IMG/VR virus record: IMGVR_UViG_3300045988_180405
Origin: a virus
DNA: 54,751 nucleotides
Direction: 5' to 3' (one strand)
The translations under genes and the position numbers were made by a program. The number at the start of each line of letters is the position of its first letter. The stretch's first letter is position 1. The notes beneath the pieces were generated by a model, which was not told the origin of the DNA, searched no databases, and was given only the letters and a program-made list of their open reading frames with translations. Positions 35,060 through 45,122 of this stretch are shown here, piece by piece.

Positions 35060-36412
35060 TTATCTTTTATTCGTCATTTCGTCAATCATCGCCTGAACAT
35101 CGTCGGAGTCTTTTTCCGTATTGTTCTCGGCGTTTGTATCCCATGCGTATTTTTTGTTTGTCTTTGCTTTTGCGGCTTCGCGGATTTTCGCCATGCATCT
35201 TGCGTCTACATCGCCGCAGGCTCGCTCTTCGCCGACGAATTTGCCGTCCTTTGTCTCCATTGCGCAGTATTCGTCGATTTTTTCATCCGTCAGAAGGTCT
35301 GCGCAGTCGTCCTCGGAGAGGTCGATGTTTATGCAGTTTTCGGAAATGCGCGTTCTGACAGCGGCTTTCACTGCCTCTCTTCTGCGCTCGGTTTCCTGTG
35401 TCTGAAGCTTTTTGATAACACCCTCGAGCGTTGCCTTTGCCTCATCCTTTGCCGCATTGTCCTTTTCAAGCTCATTTATGCGGGAAATGAGCTTTTCGGT
35501 GATTGTTTCAACGGGAACTTCCACTTTCGTTTCCCCGTTTGCAAAAATCGCCGTTGCGGTAGCTTCGGTTCTCGCGCCGTCCCTTATCTCTTCACCGTCC
35601 TTTTCCGCTGTAGAGAGATACGGAACGCCGTTTGCGGAAAGCAAAGCTACGGTGTTCTGGTCTACGGCAAGCACCGTATAGCCCTTAAACTTTTCTGCAA
35701 GGTCATTCAGTTTCATGTTCTTTGTTTTCTCCTTTTTTTCGTTATTTTTTTGCGGATTTTTGTTTTCGGCATTGAGGGAGGCTACGCGAAGAGTAATCTT
35801 CTTCACCTCGTCGGCACCCATTGCGGCAAGCGCGCGGATATTTGCGCTTGCAACGGCAGGGGCGATATCATCGCCGAGTATAGTTGTTCCGAGTATCCGG
35901 TATTTGGTAAATACTTCGATGTTTCCATCCATGTGCATCTCGTCAACGAGAGTTTCAATAGAAACGCTCATTCCATCCGAACCCTGTTTCCGGAGCTTTT
36001 TGACGAGTTCCTGCGCATACCATTTCCACAGATATCCCGTTCCTACTATCCATTCGATACCGTCGATAATTTCAATGCGTACATCGTCCTCTACGCGGAA
36101 ATTACCGACTATTCTTTCTGCCGTGGAAGCCATGAAGGACGCACTCACATTTCCGTTTTCGTCTATGTATTCCTCGAAATTGTGACCGTCGCCTATTTTC
36201 TCCCCGACATATGCCACGAGAATGGGAGTGTCCGCAAAAAGCTTGCTGTGCTCCGCTATATTCTCATAGCGCCAGTTGTTACGATTTGTCTTTCCGTTCA
36301 GCAGTCGGAGTTCAACTCTCTGCCGCAGTCCGTCGGTTTCGGCAAGAACGCGCAACTCTCCGCGAACGGAAACGAGCCGCGCCGTTCCCGCGCCTGATAC
36401 GGTTTTTATCAT
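35060..36412 (-). CDS. Prohead protease-like N-terminal domain fused to a coiled-coil scaffold-like C-terminus
   Basis: The N-terminal ~200 aa are globular (XkdF/prohead-protease-like by eye). The C-terminal half is a charged coiled coil. Lies between portal and capsid. Confidence 0.55.
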   Translation of the reverse strand: MIKTVSGAGTARLVSVRGELRVLAETDGLRQRVELRLLNGKTNRNNWRYENIAEHSKLFADTPILVAYVGEKIGDGHNFEEYIDENGNVSASFMASTAERIVGNFRVEDDVRIEIIDGIEWIVGTGYLWKWYAQELVKKLRKQGSDGMSVSIETLVDEMHMDGNIEVFTKYRILGTTILGDDIAPAVASANIRALAAMGADEVKKITLRVASLNAENKNPQKNNEKKEKTKNMKLNDLAEKFKGYTVLAVDQNTVALLSANGVPYLSTAEKDGEEIRDGARTEATATAIFANGETKVEVPVETITEKLISRINELEKDNAAKDEAKATLEGVIKKLQTQETERRREAVKAAVRTRISENCINIDLSEDDCADLLTDEKIDEYCAMETKDGKFVGEERACGDVDARCMAKIREAAKAKTNKKYAWDTNAENNTEKDSDDVQAMIDEMTNKR

Positions 36413-36951
36413 TCGGTTTTCTCCTCCTCATTCAGTCGTGATTTGCACCAGCCGTCAAAGCTTGTTTTGCTGCCTCCGTCGTTTGCCCACCTGAACCAAA
36501 GCTCGAGGAACATTTTGCCCTCTGCGCTGTTCCTCAGCATAAGCTCCTCGGTTTTGAGAGACATTGCGCGAAAATCGGGCGTATCCGTCGCTTTCCGGAA
36601 TTTCTCCAGCGCAGCATTTATGCCGTCAAAAGTCTGCATGATAAGCTCGAACACATCATCGAGGCTTTTGAGCGATTCGCGCCAGTCAAGCTCATCCGTG
36701 CCGGGATATTCCGCCATGAGATGGTTTTCATGGAGCATATCGCCGAAAGCGTCAAATCTTTTCGGAAATTCATGCGCCTGCCTGTGGATAATTTTGGAAA
36801 GGTAAATCATGCCCTGCTCGATGTAAACATATTCCTGCGTTGTGTCAAACCACCTGTTGGCATTCTGGTACATCCGTATAACGTCGCGCATCGGCTCTCG
36901 CAGCTCCGCAAATTTCGGATTGTCAAAATTATAAATTTCTTTCGGGTTCAT
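36409..36951 (-). CDS. Hypothetical head-morphogenesis protein
   Basis: GGAGGTG SD upstream of ATG 36951. Lies downstream of the portal gene. Confidence 0.6.
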   Translation of the reverse strand: MNPKEIYNFDNPKFAELREPMRDVIRMYQNANRWFDTTQEYVYIEQGMIYLSKIIHRQAHEFPKRFDAFGDMLHENHLMAEYPGTDELDWRESLKSLDDVFELIMQTFDGINAALEKFRKATDTPDFRAMSLKTEELMLRNSAEGKMFLELWFRWANDGGSKTSFDGWCKSRLNEEEKTE

Positions 36952-36976
36952 TCTGTCACCTCCGTTCTTTTTCCTG

Positions 36977-38710
36977 TCAGCCTGCCGCATCTATGCTTTT
37001 TTCGTTGCCCTCGGTAACCTTTTCGTTCTGCGGTCTGCCCGCCTGCGGAGGCAAGCCGCCGTTTAGTTCCTGCTTCATCGTGTAGGAGGTTACGGGCGGT
37101 ATGAGCATGTCGAGTATGCCGCTTTCTTTTACGACATTCATCATCGATATTTTGTCCGTAATGCTCTGACCGTCGAGCGCGGCAAGTATGTAATGCGCCG
37201 AAATGTCGCCGTTTGCTATCGCCGCCTGCGCATTCTTGCGCGTTTCATCGTCGGTGTATATCGAGCCGAACATGCGAAAATCCCATTCGCAGGTAAGGTT
37301 AAGAGCAGAATACAGATAATTCATCATTCTCTCGAAGCCGCGGTATATCTGCTCGCTGTATCTGCTTTCGAGCTTTGCGGAAAGCTCCGCCTGCCCCGCT
37401 TTTACATCGTCGTCCACGGGTATCACGCCGGAAAGCCCCGCCTTTGCCATGCCGTATTTGTTGAACGAGGATGAAATGTTGTTCGCATTGGCACTTTCGG
37501 CAAAATCGTGAGATTTTATGTTTTCCACAGGAGCCATGTAAAAGGCACTGCCGCCCGTGTTGTTCATAAGCATCAGCGTGTTGAAAAACTGCTCAAACAT
37601 TGCCCTGCCGCCGAGTGACAGCCTGTAGGCATCATCCGTTTTCGAGCCGTCGTCGCTGTAATACGGCATTTCGCCCGTGAATATTTTTATAAGCGGGTTG
37701 AGAAGCAGAGAGAGCTGCGCCGCCTCGTAATCGCTCTGCTGTGCGTATGTGAGCATCAGCCCCGCAAGCGGCGGAATAACTGCGGATGTCGTATCGTCTA
37801 TCTCAAAAGTCCATACGCGGTCTATGGGAAGCGACACATAATAAGCCCATGTGCCGTTCTGCATAAAGACTTTCGGGTTTCCGGCGGCATTCCTGCTCAC
37901 ATTGTGCGGATAGAAAGGTATTTTCCCGTTTTTGCACGGCACGCTCGCATATACAAATTTTCCCCTTCGACCCGCGCCTTCAGGCTCGGTGAACATCCTG
38001 CCGAAATCATCGAGATAAGGTTCAAAGAGGTCGCCGAACTGCGTTACATCCGTCCCTATCTGCATGAAGTACATCATGTTGAACGATATCGTGTAGCCCG
38101 ATATGTTGTTGAAACCGATGATTGTACACCAGTCCTGCGGGAGCTGCTGCATGAAGGCATAGTTTACTTTGTTGTGGATTTTGTCCGTGCTTGTGCGCAG
38201 AATGTAAAAAACCTTGCCCTCGGTTATAGCCTGTCCGGCTATTCTGTGCGCCTGAACATCGGGTCGCAGAGCTTTATTCAGTTTGTCGATAAGGCGAGCT
38301 TCTCTGATAAATCCTTCCGATTTTGCCTTTTCCGCATCGATGTACAGCGGCTTCGCATAATACCGGTATGTGGGGATGTCCTGATATGCTTTCGTTATTT
38401 TGTAGTATGGATAAGCCGTCCATTTGAGTATTTCGCTCGTCTGTCGCAGTGCCCTTTCATTTCCGTAAGGGGCACGCAGGAAAGCACCGATTTCTTCTTT
38501 CGTAAAATCCGCGGGCAGCGAGGATATAGCCTTTACGCGCCTGTTCTGCAGCTGCGGCATGTTGGCAAGCCCGAGACCTGCGCGGGCAAACGCCGATGCC
38601 ATGCTGTCGGCGGAAAGATTACCGCCGTATGCCCCGATTATATTGTTCATACGCGCAAGCAAGTTGCCGTATGAGTTGGCGGCGGGAGCATTTTTCTTTG
38701 TCTCTTCCAT
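36977..38710 (-). CDS. Portal protein
   Basis: 577 aa, downstream of TerL, AAGGAG SD. Function is inferred from position and size. Confidence 0.7.
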   Translation of the reverse strand: MEETKKNAPAANSYGNLLARMNNIIGAYGGNLSADSMASAFARAGLGLANMPQLQNRRVKAISSLPADFTKEEIGAFLRAPYGNERALRQTSEILKWTAYPYYKITKAYQDIPTYRYYAKPLYIDAEKAKSEGFIREARLIDKLNKALRPDVQAHRIAGQAITEGKVFYILRTSTDKIHNKVNYAFMQQLPQDWCTIIGFNNISGYTISFNMMYFMQIGTDVTQFGDLFEPYLDDFGRMFTEPEGAGRRGKFVYASVPCKNGKIPFYPHNVSRNAAGNPKVFMQNGTWAYYVSLPIDRVWTFEIDDTTSAVIPPLAGLMLTYAQQSDYEAAQLSLLLNPLIKIFTGEMPYYSDDGSKTDDAYRLSLGGRAMFEQFFNTLMLMNNTGGSAFYMAPVENIKSHDFAESANANNISSSFNKYGMAKAGLSGVIPVDDDVKAGQAELSAKLESRYSEQIYRGFERMMNYLYSALNLTCEWDFRMFGSIYTDDETRKNAQAAIANGDISAHYILAALDGQSITDKISMMNVVKESGILDMLIPPVTSYTMKQELNGGLPPQAGRPQNEKVTEGNEKSIDAAG

Positions 38711-38722
38711 TGTTTCTCCTTT

Positions 38723-38980
38723 TCAGCAAATATTTTGGGCTACGGAAATCGCTATATCGGCTATCTCGCGCAGACCGCGCAGAGATGTTATTTCGATATA
38801 GGCTTCTATGATATCGAGAAATATTCCCGCGATTTCGATTTTATCGTATTCGTAGTCGTATTTTTCGCACAGAGATGTGATTTCGCCCTCTATGACGTCA
38901 TAAGTAGCCCGTATTTTCCTCGTTTTGGAAAGTCTGTCGCGTATCTCGCATATGCACTCGCCGAAATCATAATCCTGCAT
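38723..38980 (-). CDS. Small acidic hypothetical protein
   Basis: GGAGG SD. Confidence 0.55.
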   Translation of the reverse strand: MQDYDFGECICEIRDRLSKTRKIRATYDVIEGEITSLCEKYDYEYDKIEIAGIFLDIIEAYIEITSLRGLREIADIAISVAQNIC

Positions 38981-39308
38981 TGTCAGCCTCCGCTTTCAGC
39001 TCTTTTTCGAGATTGGAGCAGAACTCATTCATTATTGTGGCTGTATTTTGAGCACTTTCGCCCATTTCGCGTGCCGCTTCGCTGAGGGCATTTGCCACGA
39101 TTTCCATTCTCACATATCGGAGCCATTGACGCTCCGCTTTTTTCAGCTTTTGCTCATTCCGCAGAGGCACTTTCCCAAGCGGCAAGTCTGCGTTCTGACT
39201 GTATACCAAAAGGTACCCGCTTTCGGGAGAGTAAAATGTATATTTTTCGCCCTCCGGCATGTCATCGAGTTTTCCTATGTAAAGTATGTGGTTTGCGTCG
39301 TTCATCAT
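38967..39308 (-). CDS. Hypothetical protein (113 aa)
   Basis: Start overlaps the TerL stop. Confidence 0.55.
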   Translation of the reverse strand: MMNDANHILYIGKLDDMPEGEKYTFYSPESGYLLVYSQNADLPLGKVPLRNEQKLKKAERQWLRYVRMEIVANALSEAAREMGESAQNTATIMNEFCSNLEKELKAEADNAGL

Positions 39309-41215
39309 CGTTTCCTCAATGCCAGCAGATTTGCCCGTGTGCCGCTTGCCTGCGGTGCGCTGACAAAACCGCCGTTTTTGTATTTTTCTATTTCAGCCGC
39401 CCAGCTTGATTTTGCCTGATATTCCGTTTTCTTTATCAGGGTTTCCAGAATTTGCGCAAACCGTAAACCGTATTTCGTTGCCGACCAGTCGTCTCGCTGT
39501 ATTGCTTTGGATTTGCGCTTTTCTTTGAGGGTAATGCCGCTCACTTCGGTTTTCAGGTTCTGTATCTGTTGGCAGAGCTCGTCCGTCTTGCGGTAAGGAA
39601 GCGCAATCTGCGCGTCCTGCGCATCGTTTTTTATGCCGTTCATTACCTTGTATGCGGCTACACCGTCGAGTATCGAAGCCGTCAGCAGCTCCACATTGCC
39701 CTGCTCAAATTCGAGCTGCGCATATCGTATCATTTCTCCCTCTTCGTCGGCGGCACCGCGCGTGCCCGCCTTGAGCGGATAGATTACGGGCAGCGCATTC
39801 GGCTGTTCGATATTCGTATAAGCCATGTGGTTGTAGGTGCAGAGCGGCGGCATGCCGTCAGCCGGAGGCTTCATGAGCTCGTCCACCACGTCCTTGCCGA
39901 CTGCCCGCGCATCGACTACAAGATATGTGGTCTGCGCTCCGTTTTTGCAGTAGCTGAAATAAAGCCCTCGGAGCTTCTGCGCCTGAAGATACGCCGTTTT
40001 CGGCGGCGGGTAGCTGTCCACGTAGACAACCTGCTTTCTGTATTTGTCACGCTTTGCTATGCTCTTGTAGCGCGTGAGCTTTATAACGGCATCCGCGCAT
40101 TTTGCGTTTCGCGTTCCCGTTTCATAAGAAACGTCGTGCGCCACTATGTAAATCGCGTTGTTGTCGCCGCAGTGGCACTTTTCCATCGTCATGAGCTTTC
40201 GGCTTCTCGAGAGAACGTCGTCGGGTATCATCGGGTTTTCGCTCGACCCCGTGTATCTCGCGCAGGCTTCGCGAAGCCAGTTTTCCGCGCTCAGGCTTCT
40301 TTTCATATCCTTGAAGTAGCCTATGTCGCGCAGTCCTGCCATGAGAGCCACCACCCAAGGCATATCGAGTACAAAGCCCTCGTATTTTTCGCCGTAAAGC
40401 ATGTCGTAAAGAGCTTTGCGCCTGTATTTGGAAAAGGCGGGATTTTGTCTCGTGCTCGCGTTGCTTATGTGTGAGTGCTTGCGGTTTATGTGCGTGCGGT
40501 CGGTTTCGTTGTTTATCGTTCGCACGATTCGGCAGGTCGGAAAAATGTCGCGCTCGTATTTTTCCATATCGAATGTGTCATCCTTGCTTCCTTCCTGCGC
40601 CATTTCCTCGGCTATCGTCTGCGAGCTGTTGTCGCCGCGGGGAGAATACATGCCGAATTCCGAGCCGTAGTTTGTTTCCATGCGGAACATGTCGCTTCTG
40701 TCGTTTTTGATTTTCCATATCGTTCCGAGTATCGGATAATTTCTCTCCACCTCATGGTGAGCCTGCGCCGCAAGCGAGGCTGCCTGTTTCTGATTCGGTG
40801 CGGCATATCTCATGATTTCGCCGGGATAGGTCGCGCCCTCCAGCTCCTTTGTAAGTATCTTTGTAAAGGTTTTTGTAAGTCCGCGGCTTCCCGTTACATA
40901 TACATTCCTGTATCGTGCGTCTATGCGCATCATGAGCCGTTGAGGAAGCTCCAGCCCGTATCGCGCGTTCTCGTCCCGGAGCATGTCCGCGAGATAGTCG
41001 GGATACCAGCGAAAAAAGCTGATTATCAGTGCCGCGCTGTCCTGATTGGGCATTCTTTCGTAGTCAAATGCCCTGTTTTTGTTTTTTGTAACCCATTTTC
41101 CGAGCTTTCTTGAAAATGTTTTCCCCTCTCCGGCATATCCGGTCGGCACTTCTGCATCCCCCTTCCGTAAATTTGCCAAAAAAATGATAAAAGGGCTGCA
41201 AGCCCATGTTTCCAT
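39305..41215 (-). CDS. terL: Terminase large subunit (start uncertain)
   Basis: 636 aa. Walker-A-like VTGSRGLTKT. Acidic nuclease-half motifs. Lies upstream of the portal gene. Confidence 0.8.
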   Translation of the reverse strand: METWACSPFIIFLANLRKGDAEVPTGYAGEGKTFSRKLGKWVTKNKNRAFDYERMPNQDSAALIISFFRWYPDYLADMLRDENARYGLELPQRLMMRIDARYRNVYVTGSRGLTKTFTKILTKELEGATYPGEIMRYAAPNQKQAASLAAQAHHEVERNYPILGTIWKIKNDRSDMFRMETNYGSEFGMYSPRGDNSSQTIAEEMAQEGSKDDTFDMEKYERDIFPTCRIVRTINNETDRTHINRKHSHISNASTRQNPAFSKYRRKALYDMLYGEKYEGFVLDMPWVVALMAGLRDIGYFKDMKRSLSAENWLREACARYTGSSENPMIPDDVLSRSRKLMTMEKCHCGDNNAIYIVAHDVSYETGTRNAKCADAVIKLTRYKSIAKRDKYRKQVVYVDSYPPPKTAYLQAQKLRGLYFSYCKNGAQTTYLVVDARAVGKDVVDELMKPPADGMPPLCTYNHMAYTNIEQPNALPVIYPLKAGTRGAADEEGEMIRYAQLEFEQGNVELLTASILDGVAAYKVMNGIKNDAQDAQIALPYRKTDELCQQIQNLKTEVSGITLKEKRKSKAIQRDDWSATKYGLRFAQILETLIKKTEYQAKSSWAAEIEKYKNGGFVSAPQASGTRANLLALRKR

Positions 41216-41270
41216 GCGCCTGCAGCCCCGTTTGGCTCTCCCACAACGCCCGTCTTGCGTTCGGTTTTCT

Positions 41271-41450
41271 CTATTCTGTTTTAAAAAGCTCCTCGCTTAT
41301 CCGAAAAAGCAGCCGCCGTCTTATCACATAAACCTTGCCGTTATGTATTTCTATGCGGTCGCCGTGCTTTTTCGCGCGTTCCACGGCGTTTTTCAGCCGT
41401 TCTTTCTGTGAGCTTTTTTCTTCCTTGACGCAGTCGTTATTCATCGGCAT
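41271..41450 (-). CDS. Small basic protein (59 aa)
   Basis: Overlaps the end of the upstream gene. Lies between the TerS-position gene and TerL. Confidence 0.45.
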   Translation of the reverse strand: MPMNNDCVKEEKSSQKERLKNAVERAKKHGDRIEIHNGKVYVIRRRLLFRISEELFKTE

Positions 41451-42507
41451 CACCGCTCGCCGCTTCCGGCTCATCGCCTTTTTCGTGCCGGAGCTTTGCC
41501 AGCCCCGCATATCTGCGCGCTTCTTTTTCGTCCTCGGTTTCCTCCGGCAGAAATTCGCCGTGTTCGTCCTCAATTTGGAGCGATTCGGGAAGCTCGTTTA
41601 CGATAAAGAGGTCTGCGTTTTCGCGCATCGTGTTGTACATGGCAAAAATCATCTGGTCTGCCGCGTCAAGCGAATATCTGTATTTCGGCTGTTTGATGAA
41701 GTTCTTTACGAGAGCTTCGGCTGTCTCCTCAAAGGTAAGAAATTTGCCCTCTTTCATCAGCCCGTGCTTTTCCAGCTCCACTACAAGCGTGTCAAGCTGC
41801 AGGTTTTCAATAGGCTTTTCGTCTTTTTTTCTCATCTGCTCCGAGGCAAGCTCCTTGTCTATCATCGTCTGAACATCTTTTGCCGCGCGGTAATTCCGCG
41901 CCGCTACGAGTTCATCCGCCGCCATAGACCACTTGGCTACGCGCATAAGCGTGTCGTCCATCTGCGGCGTGATAGTCTGTCCGCGGTAGCTGTCGGCTCG
42001 CACCTCGTAAAGTCTGTCAAGCTCATCGTATTTCTCGGTCGTCATATTCGCGCCGGTGCCCCAGCGTTTTCTCTGTGCTTCCGTACCGGGGAGCGATGCC
42101 AGCTTAGCCTGCTGTGCTTTGACATACTGCAGAAAGTCGCTTTCGGTCAAATCCTTGCCGAAAATACGCCGCATATTGGTTTCGCCATCCGCAAATGTGG
42201 CGGGCTTTCCGCGGCGGTAATATCCGTCGCTTTCCAGCAGTGCGCTTATGTAGACTTTCCATTTCTCCTCGCAGTTTTCAAAATCGGAAGGAGGAATAAG
42301 AGGGAGGCAAGGAACATCAAACGCTATGCAGGAAAAATAAAGGGCAAGACACGCGCCGTTCATTTTTTCGAGCTCGTCAAAGCGAGCCTGCTCGCAGTCG
42401 ATGCAAAGCGTACTCATGCCCGAAAGGTTTCGGGCGCAAGCGCGGCAATTATCCTCACTGAGCACTGCGCCGCAGCGGGCACATTTATTTTCAGCAATGT
42501 AAGGCAT
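41437..42507 (-). CDS. Zinc-ribbon protein in the small-terminase position (356 aa)
   Basis: N-terminal CARCG...CRAC...CIDC. Helical body and acidic tail. First gene of the late operon. AGAGGGA SD. Confidence 0.6.
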   Translation of the reverse strand: MPYIAENKCARCGAVLSEDNCRACARNLSGMSTLCIDCEQARFDELEKMNGACLALYFSCIAFDVPCLPLIPPSDFENCEEKWKVYISALLESDGYYRRGKPATFADGETNMRRIFGKDLTESDFLQYVKAQQAKLASLPGTEAQRKRWGTGANMTTEKYDELDRLYEVRADSYRGQTITPQMDDTLMRVAKWSMAADELVAARNYRAAKDVQTMIDKELASEQMRKKDEKPIENLQLDTLVVELEKHGLMKEGKFLTFEETAEALVKNFIKQPKYRYSLDAADQMIFAMYNTMRENADLFIVNELPESLQIEDEHGEFLPEETEDEKEARRYAGLAKLRHEKGDEPEAASGDADE

Positions 42508-42584
42508 CCTGCGTCCCTCTTAATGATGGATTTCGTATTGAACAAAATTCGCGGGAAGTCGTGCGAATTGCTCTTTACAGCTAC

Positions 42585-42593
42585 ATTATACCA
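42585..42593 (-). promoter_or_regulatory. Extended -10 element TGgTATAAT upstream of the packaging genes (late promoter candidate)
   Basis: The minus strand reads TTATGGTATAATGTAG. No good -35 box, which is compatible with activator dependence. Confidence 0.4.
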
Positions 42594-42715
42594 TAATTTT
42601 TCACAAAAAGTTGCTTTTTCAAAAAGTCATACATTGGTTATACTGCATAATTTACAATTTGTTCATATTTTCAGCGTGATTTCGGCTAAATCAGCCGGAG
42701 AACGCGCCTTTCGGT

Positions 42716-42964
42716 TCATATATCGGTTTCATCATCGTCCTCCGTTACAATTAAAAGTCCTTTGCAGAGTTCAAGCAATTCGCCATCGTTGCGCTTGATA
42801 GCGAGCGTTGCAATGTCTTTGAGGTAGGACGACAAAAGCTCCAACCCGACAGCAATTCCGAATGCGGTGTTTTGTGCTTCTTCATCATCCCGTTTTCCCG
42901 AAACAGTATCCATTATCAGCCGTGTCAGGTTGTTATAGTCGAGTTTCATTTTATCGTGCATCAT
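42716..42964 (-). CDS. Small acidic protein (82 aa)
   Basis: ATGA overlap with the upstream gene. Confidence 0.55.
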   Translation of the reverse strand: MMHDKMKLDYNNLTRLIMDTVSGKRDDEEAQNTAFGIAVGLELLSSYLKDIATLAIKRNDGELLELCKGLLIVTEDDDETDI

Positions 42965-43260
42965 GTATCGCTCCAATCTAATGCTTGACCGCACTCTTCG
43001 CAGCATTTTTGAGGTCTCCCGGCACACCATTTTCCATCAAGCCTTGAAACTATTCTTTTTTTACAAGACGGACAGAAAAAATCTTCCAAGCCGGCATAAT
43101 GAGTACTATCTGTAATTGGCTTCTTTGGCAACTGTTTTTCAAGTGCTTTTATCTTTATATAGTTCGCGCATCGTTCTTCGATGCAACTGACGAAAAAGTG
43201 ATTTCTCTTGCAATCGTCACAAGCTATTTGGCAAGTGATTATTGCTTCTTTCGGTGTCAT
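42961..43260 (-). CDS. Cys-rich zinc-finger-like protein
   Basis: GGAGGTGG SD. CQIACDDC...CPSCKK...CCEECG. Confidence 0.6.
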   Translation of the reverse strand: MTPKEAIITCQIACDDCKRNHFFVSCIEERCANYIKIKALEKQLPKKPITDSTHYAGLEDFFCPSCKKRIVSRLDGKWCAGRPQKCCEECGQALDWSDT

Positions 43261-43565
43261 CACTTGCCACCTCCGTCCATTTTCGCGCCACAATTCGGGC
43301 AGTAGTTGTATACGCTCGTGCTGCCTGTAGTTGTATCGTCATCGCACCATCTGCACAGCGAACACTCAAATAAAGACGGATAATCTTCACAGAGGTTTTT
43401 TGCGTGCTTCACTTCCTGCACATCGGCAGTCGGTATCGCTTCAATATCCTTTTTAATTGCATAAAATCCGTCAAGTTGTTTTGTGCGCACGAGCACACCA
43501 TCAAGCATTGGGACACAAATCGCCTTGTACTCAATCAAGTCCGCGTCAATGTATCTCGGCATCAT
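43260..43565 (-). CDS. Cys-rich small protein
   Basis: GGAGGAGGG SD. ECSLCRWC...CPNCG. Confidence 0.6.
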   Translation of the reverse strand: MMPRYIDADLIEYKAICVPMLDGVLVRTKQLDGFYAIKKDIEAIPTADVQEVKHAKNLCEDYPSLFECSLCRWCDDDTTTGSTSVYNYCPNCGAKMDGGGK

Positions 43566-43657
43566 TTGCCCTCCTCCACAAGTTCCGGATTGTCGTGGAT
43601 GTTGCCGATGACCCATTCGCCGTTGTCTTTGCGTTTGCCACGAAAAAAAATATTTTC

Positions 43658-43822
43658 TCATTTCGTCCTCCCTTTCTTGTTAAAAATAATGTGTATTGTT
43701 CTCGAAGGAAGTGTTATCCTTAAATCTGCAAACATAACAAGTTCTCCGTCGCGATATAAAGCAGGAAACCACTTTATTTGGGGCTTAACCCAATTCCTAT
43801 GTTTGATGGACATGATTTTCAT
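43658..43822 (-). CDS. Small hypothetical protein (54 aa)
   Basis: AAGGAG SD upstream of ATG 43822. Confidence 0.45.
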   Translation of the reverse strand: MKIMSIKHRNWVKPQIKWFPALYRDGELVMFADLRITLPSRTIHIIFNKKGRTK

Positions 43823-43935
43823 TTTCTGCTCCTTTCTGCAAATAATTTGAAAAGCGTTAAAAATCAAGTGTTTCGTTTTAACTCAGTTTTGTTTTTCTTG
43901 TTCATTTTCGACCTCTTGCGGTTTTTATATAAAAT

Positions 43936-44358
43936 TTACATTTCGCCATAATATTCCTCGTCTGCACCATCTGCCACAGTATAGTGCTCTGTTTTAGTAT
44001 AAAAGAATATCGCATCCTTATCTATATAGTGTAATACTATTTCTGTAATGGTATGGTTTTCTCGGTCAGTTGTCATTTGCGGCAACTCACTTAGCTTTTC
44101 AAAGGGGATTTCTTTATGATTTAAGTAAAATTTTATATTTTTATTGTAAATTATATCTCCTACTTTACAAGGCGACTCGACAAGCGTTCCGCTTTCGATT
44201 TTGTCTTCCAACTCGGCAAGTCTGTGTATTATTTGAGGAATTTTGCAGGGTTCGGGTTCTCTACAATCTCTTTTGCATACATTATCAAGCCCACACAGTT
44301 CCCAAGTATCGAAGCATACTTTTGTTATATCTTTATCAGTCAATCTTTTATATTCCAT
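43936..44358 (-). CDS. Hypothetical protein (140 aa)
   Basis: AAGGAG SD upstream of ATG 44358. Confidence 0.6.
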   Translation of the reverse strand: MEYKRLTDKDITKVCFDTWELCGLDNVCKRDCREPEPCKIPQIIHRLAELEDKIESGTLVESPCKVGDIIYNKNIKFYLNHKEIPFEKLSELPQMTTDRENHTITEIVLHYIDKDAIFFYTKTEHYTVADGADEEYYGEM

Positions 44359-44689
44359 TTTCGCTCCTTTCCCCGCAATGGCAATATCCATTATCGTTTG
44401 TGCAACACCCGCAGTAGCGGCAATATCCGCACGGCTCGTCTATGTCTCCGCATGTTCTGCATTCCCCTGCGTCTTTATCAAAGTATGCGCAATCTTTGCA
44501 TCGCACAACCTCTACAAAATCGACCGGAGTAGCCGCATTCGGCACGCTATCATCAACTTCAAGGCATCTTTTCACAGTTTCGGCATTCCGCCGAGAATTG
44601 AAAAATAACATAAAAGTTTCGCCATCGTTGTAAACAATGTCAAAAGCCCAATCGCCGCAGATTTCTCTTATTTCAGTGCATTTGCTCAT
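44348..44689 (-). CDS. Cys-rich small protein (VVRCKDCAYF..., C-terminal CGYCRYCGCC)
   Basis: ATGA-type overlap with the upstream gene. Confidence 0.6.
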   Translation of the reverse strand: MSKCTEIREICGDWAFDIVYNDGETFMLFFNSRRNAETVKRCLEVDDSVPNAATPVDFVEVVRCKDCAYFDKDAGECRTCGDIDEPCGYCRYCGCCTNDNGYCHCGERSENGI

Positions 44690-45084
44690 TTTTCGCTCCT
44701 TTCTGCGAGTGCCTTTTCCGCAGCTTCTCTTGTGAGAAATACCATTTTACCGAAATTTTCGAATATGAAATGACCGCGCTGGTATTTTTTGTAATAGTCA
44801 TAATCATCGGTTTCAAAGTCGGTTTCCACATAAAACTCATATTCTGAATACTCAACTCGAAGAACCTTGAGCTGCGCAATTGCGCTTGTTCCATTCCACT
44901 GCCAAGGCATATAAAGCGTGGCACCCACTTTACACGGTAATTTCACCCATTTTCTTTTATCCTCAAATTCGGGGCACTGGCTTTCTACATTATCGTCGTT
45001 GAAATATTCGTCAAAATCCTTTTCATCTTCGCCGAAATAAAAATGCTTGTGCGCCGCGTAGTGTATGCAATCTTTACATTTCAT
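44686..45084 (-). CDS. Cys-containing small protein (MKCKDCIHY...)
   Basis: GAAGGAGGAAAAAAG SD upstream of ATG 45084. Confidence 0.6.
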   Translation of the reverse strand: MKCKDCIHYAAHKHFYFGEDEKDFDEYFNDDNVESQCPEFEDKRKWVKLPCKVGATLYMPWQWNGTSAIAQLKVLRVEYSEYEFYVETDFETDDYDYYKKYQRGHFIFENFGKMVFLTREAAEKALAERSEK

Positions 45085-45122
45085 CTTTTTTCCTCCTTCA
45101 GGCGGGCGTTTGCCCGCCGTAT

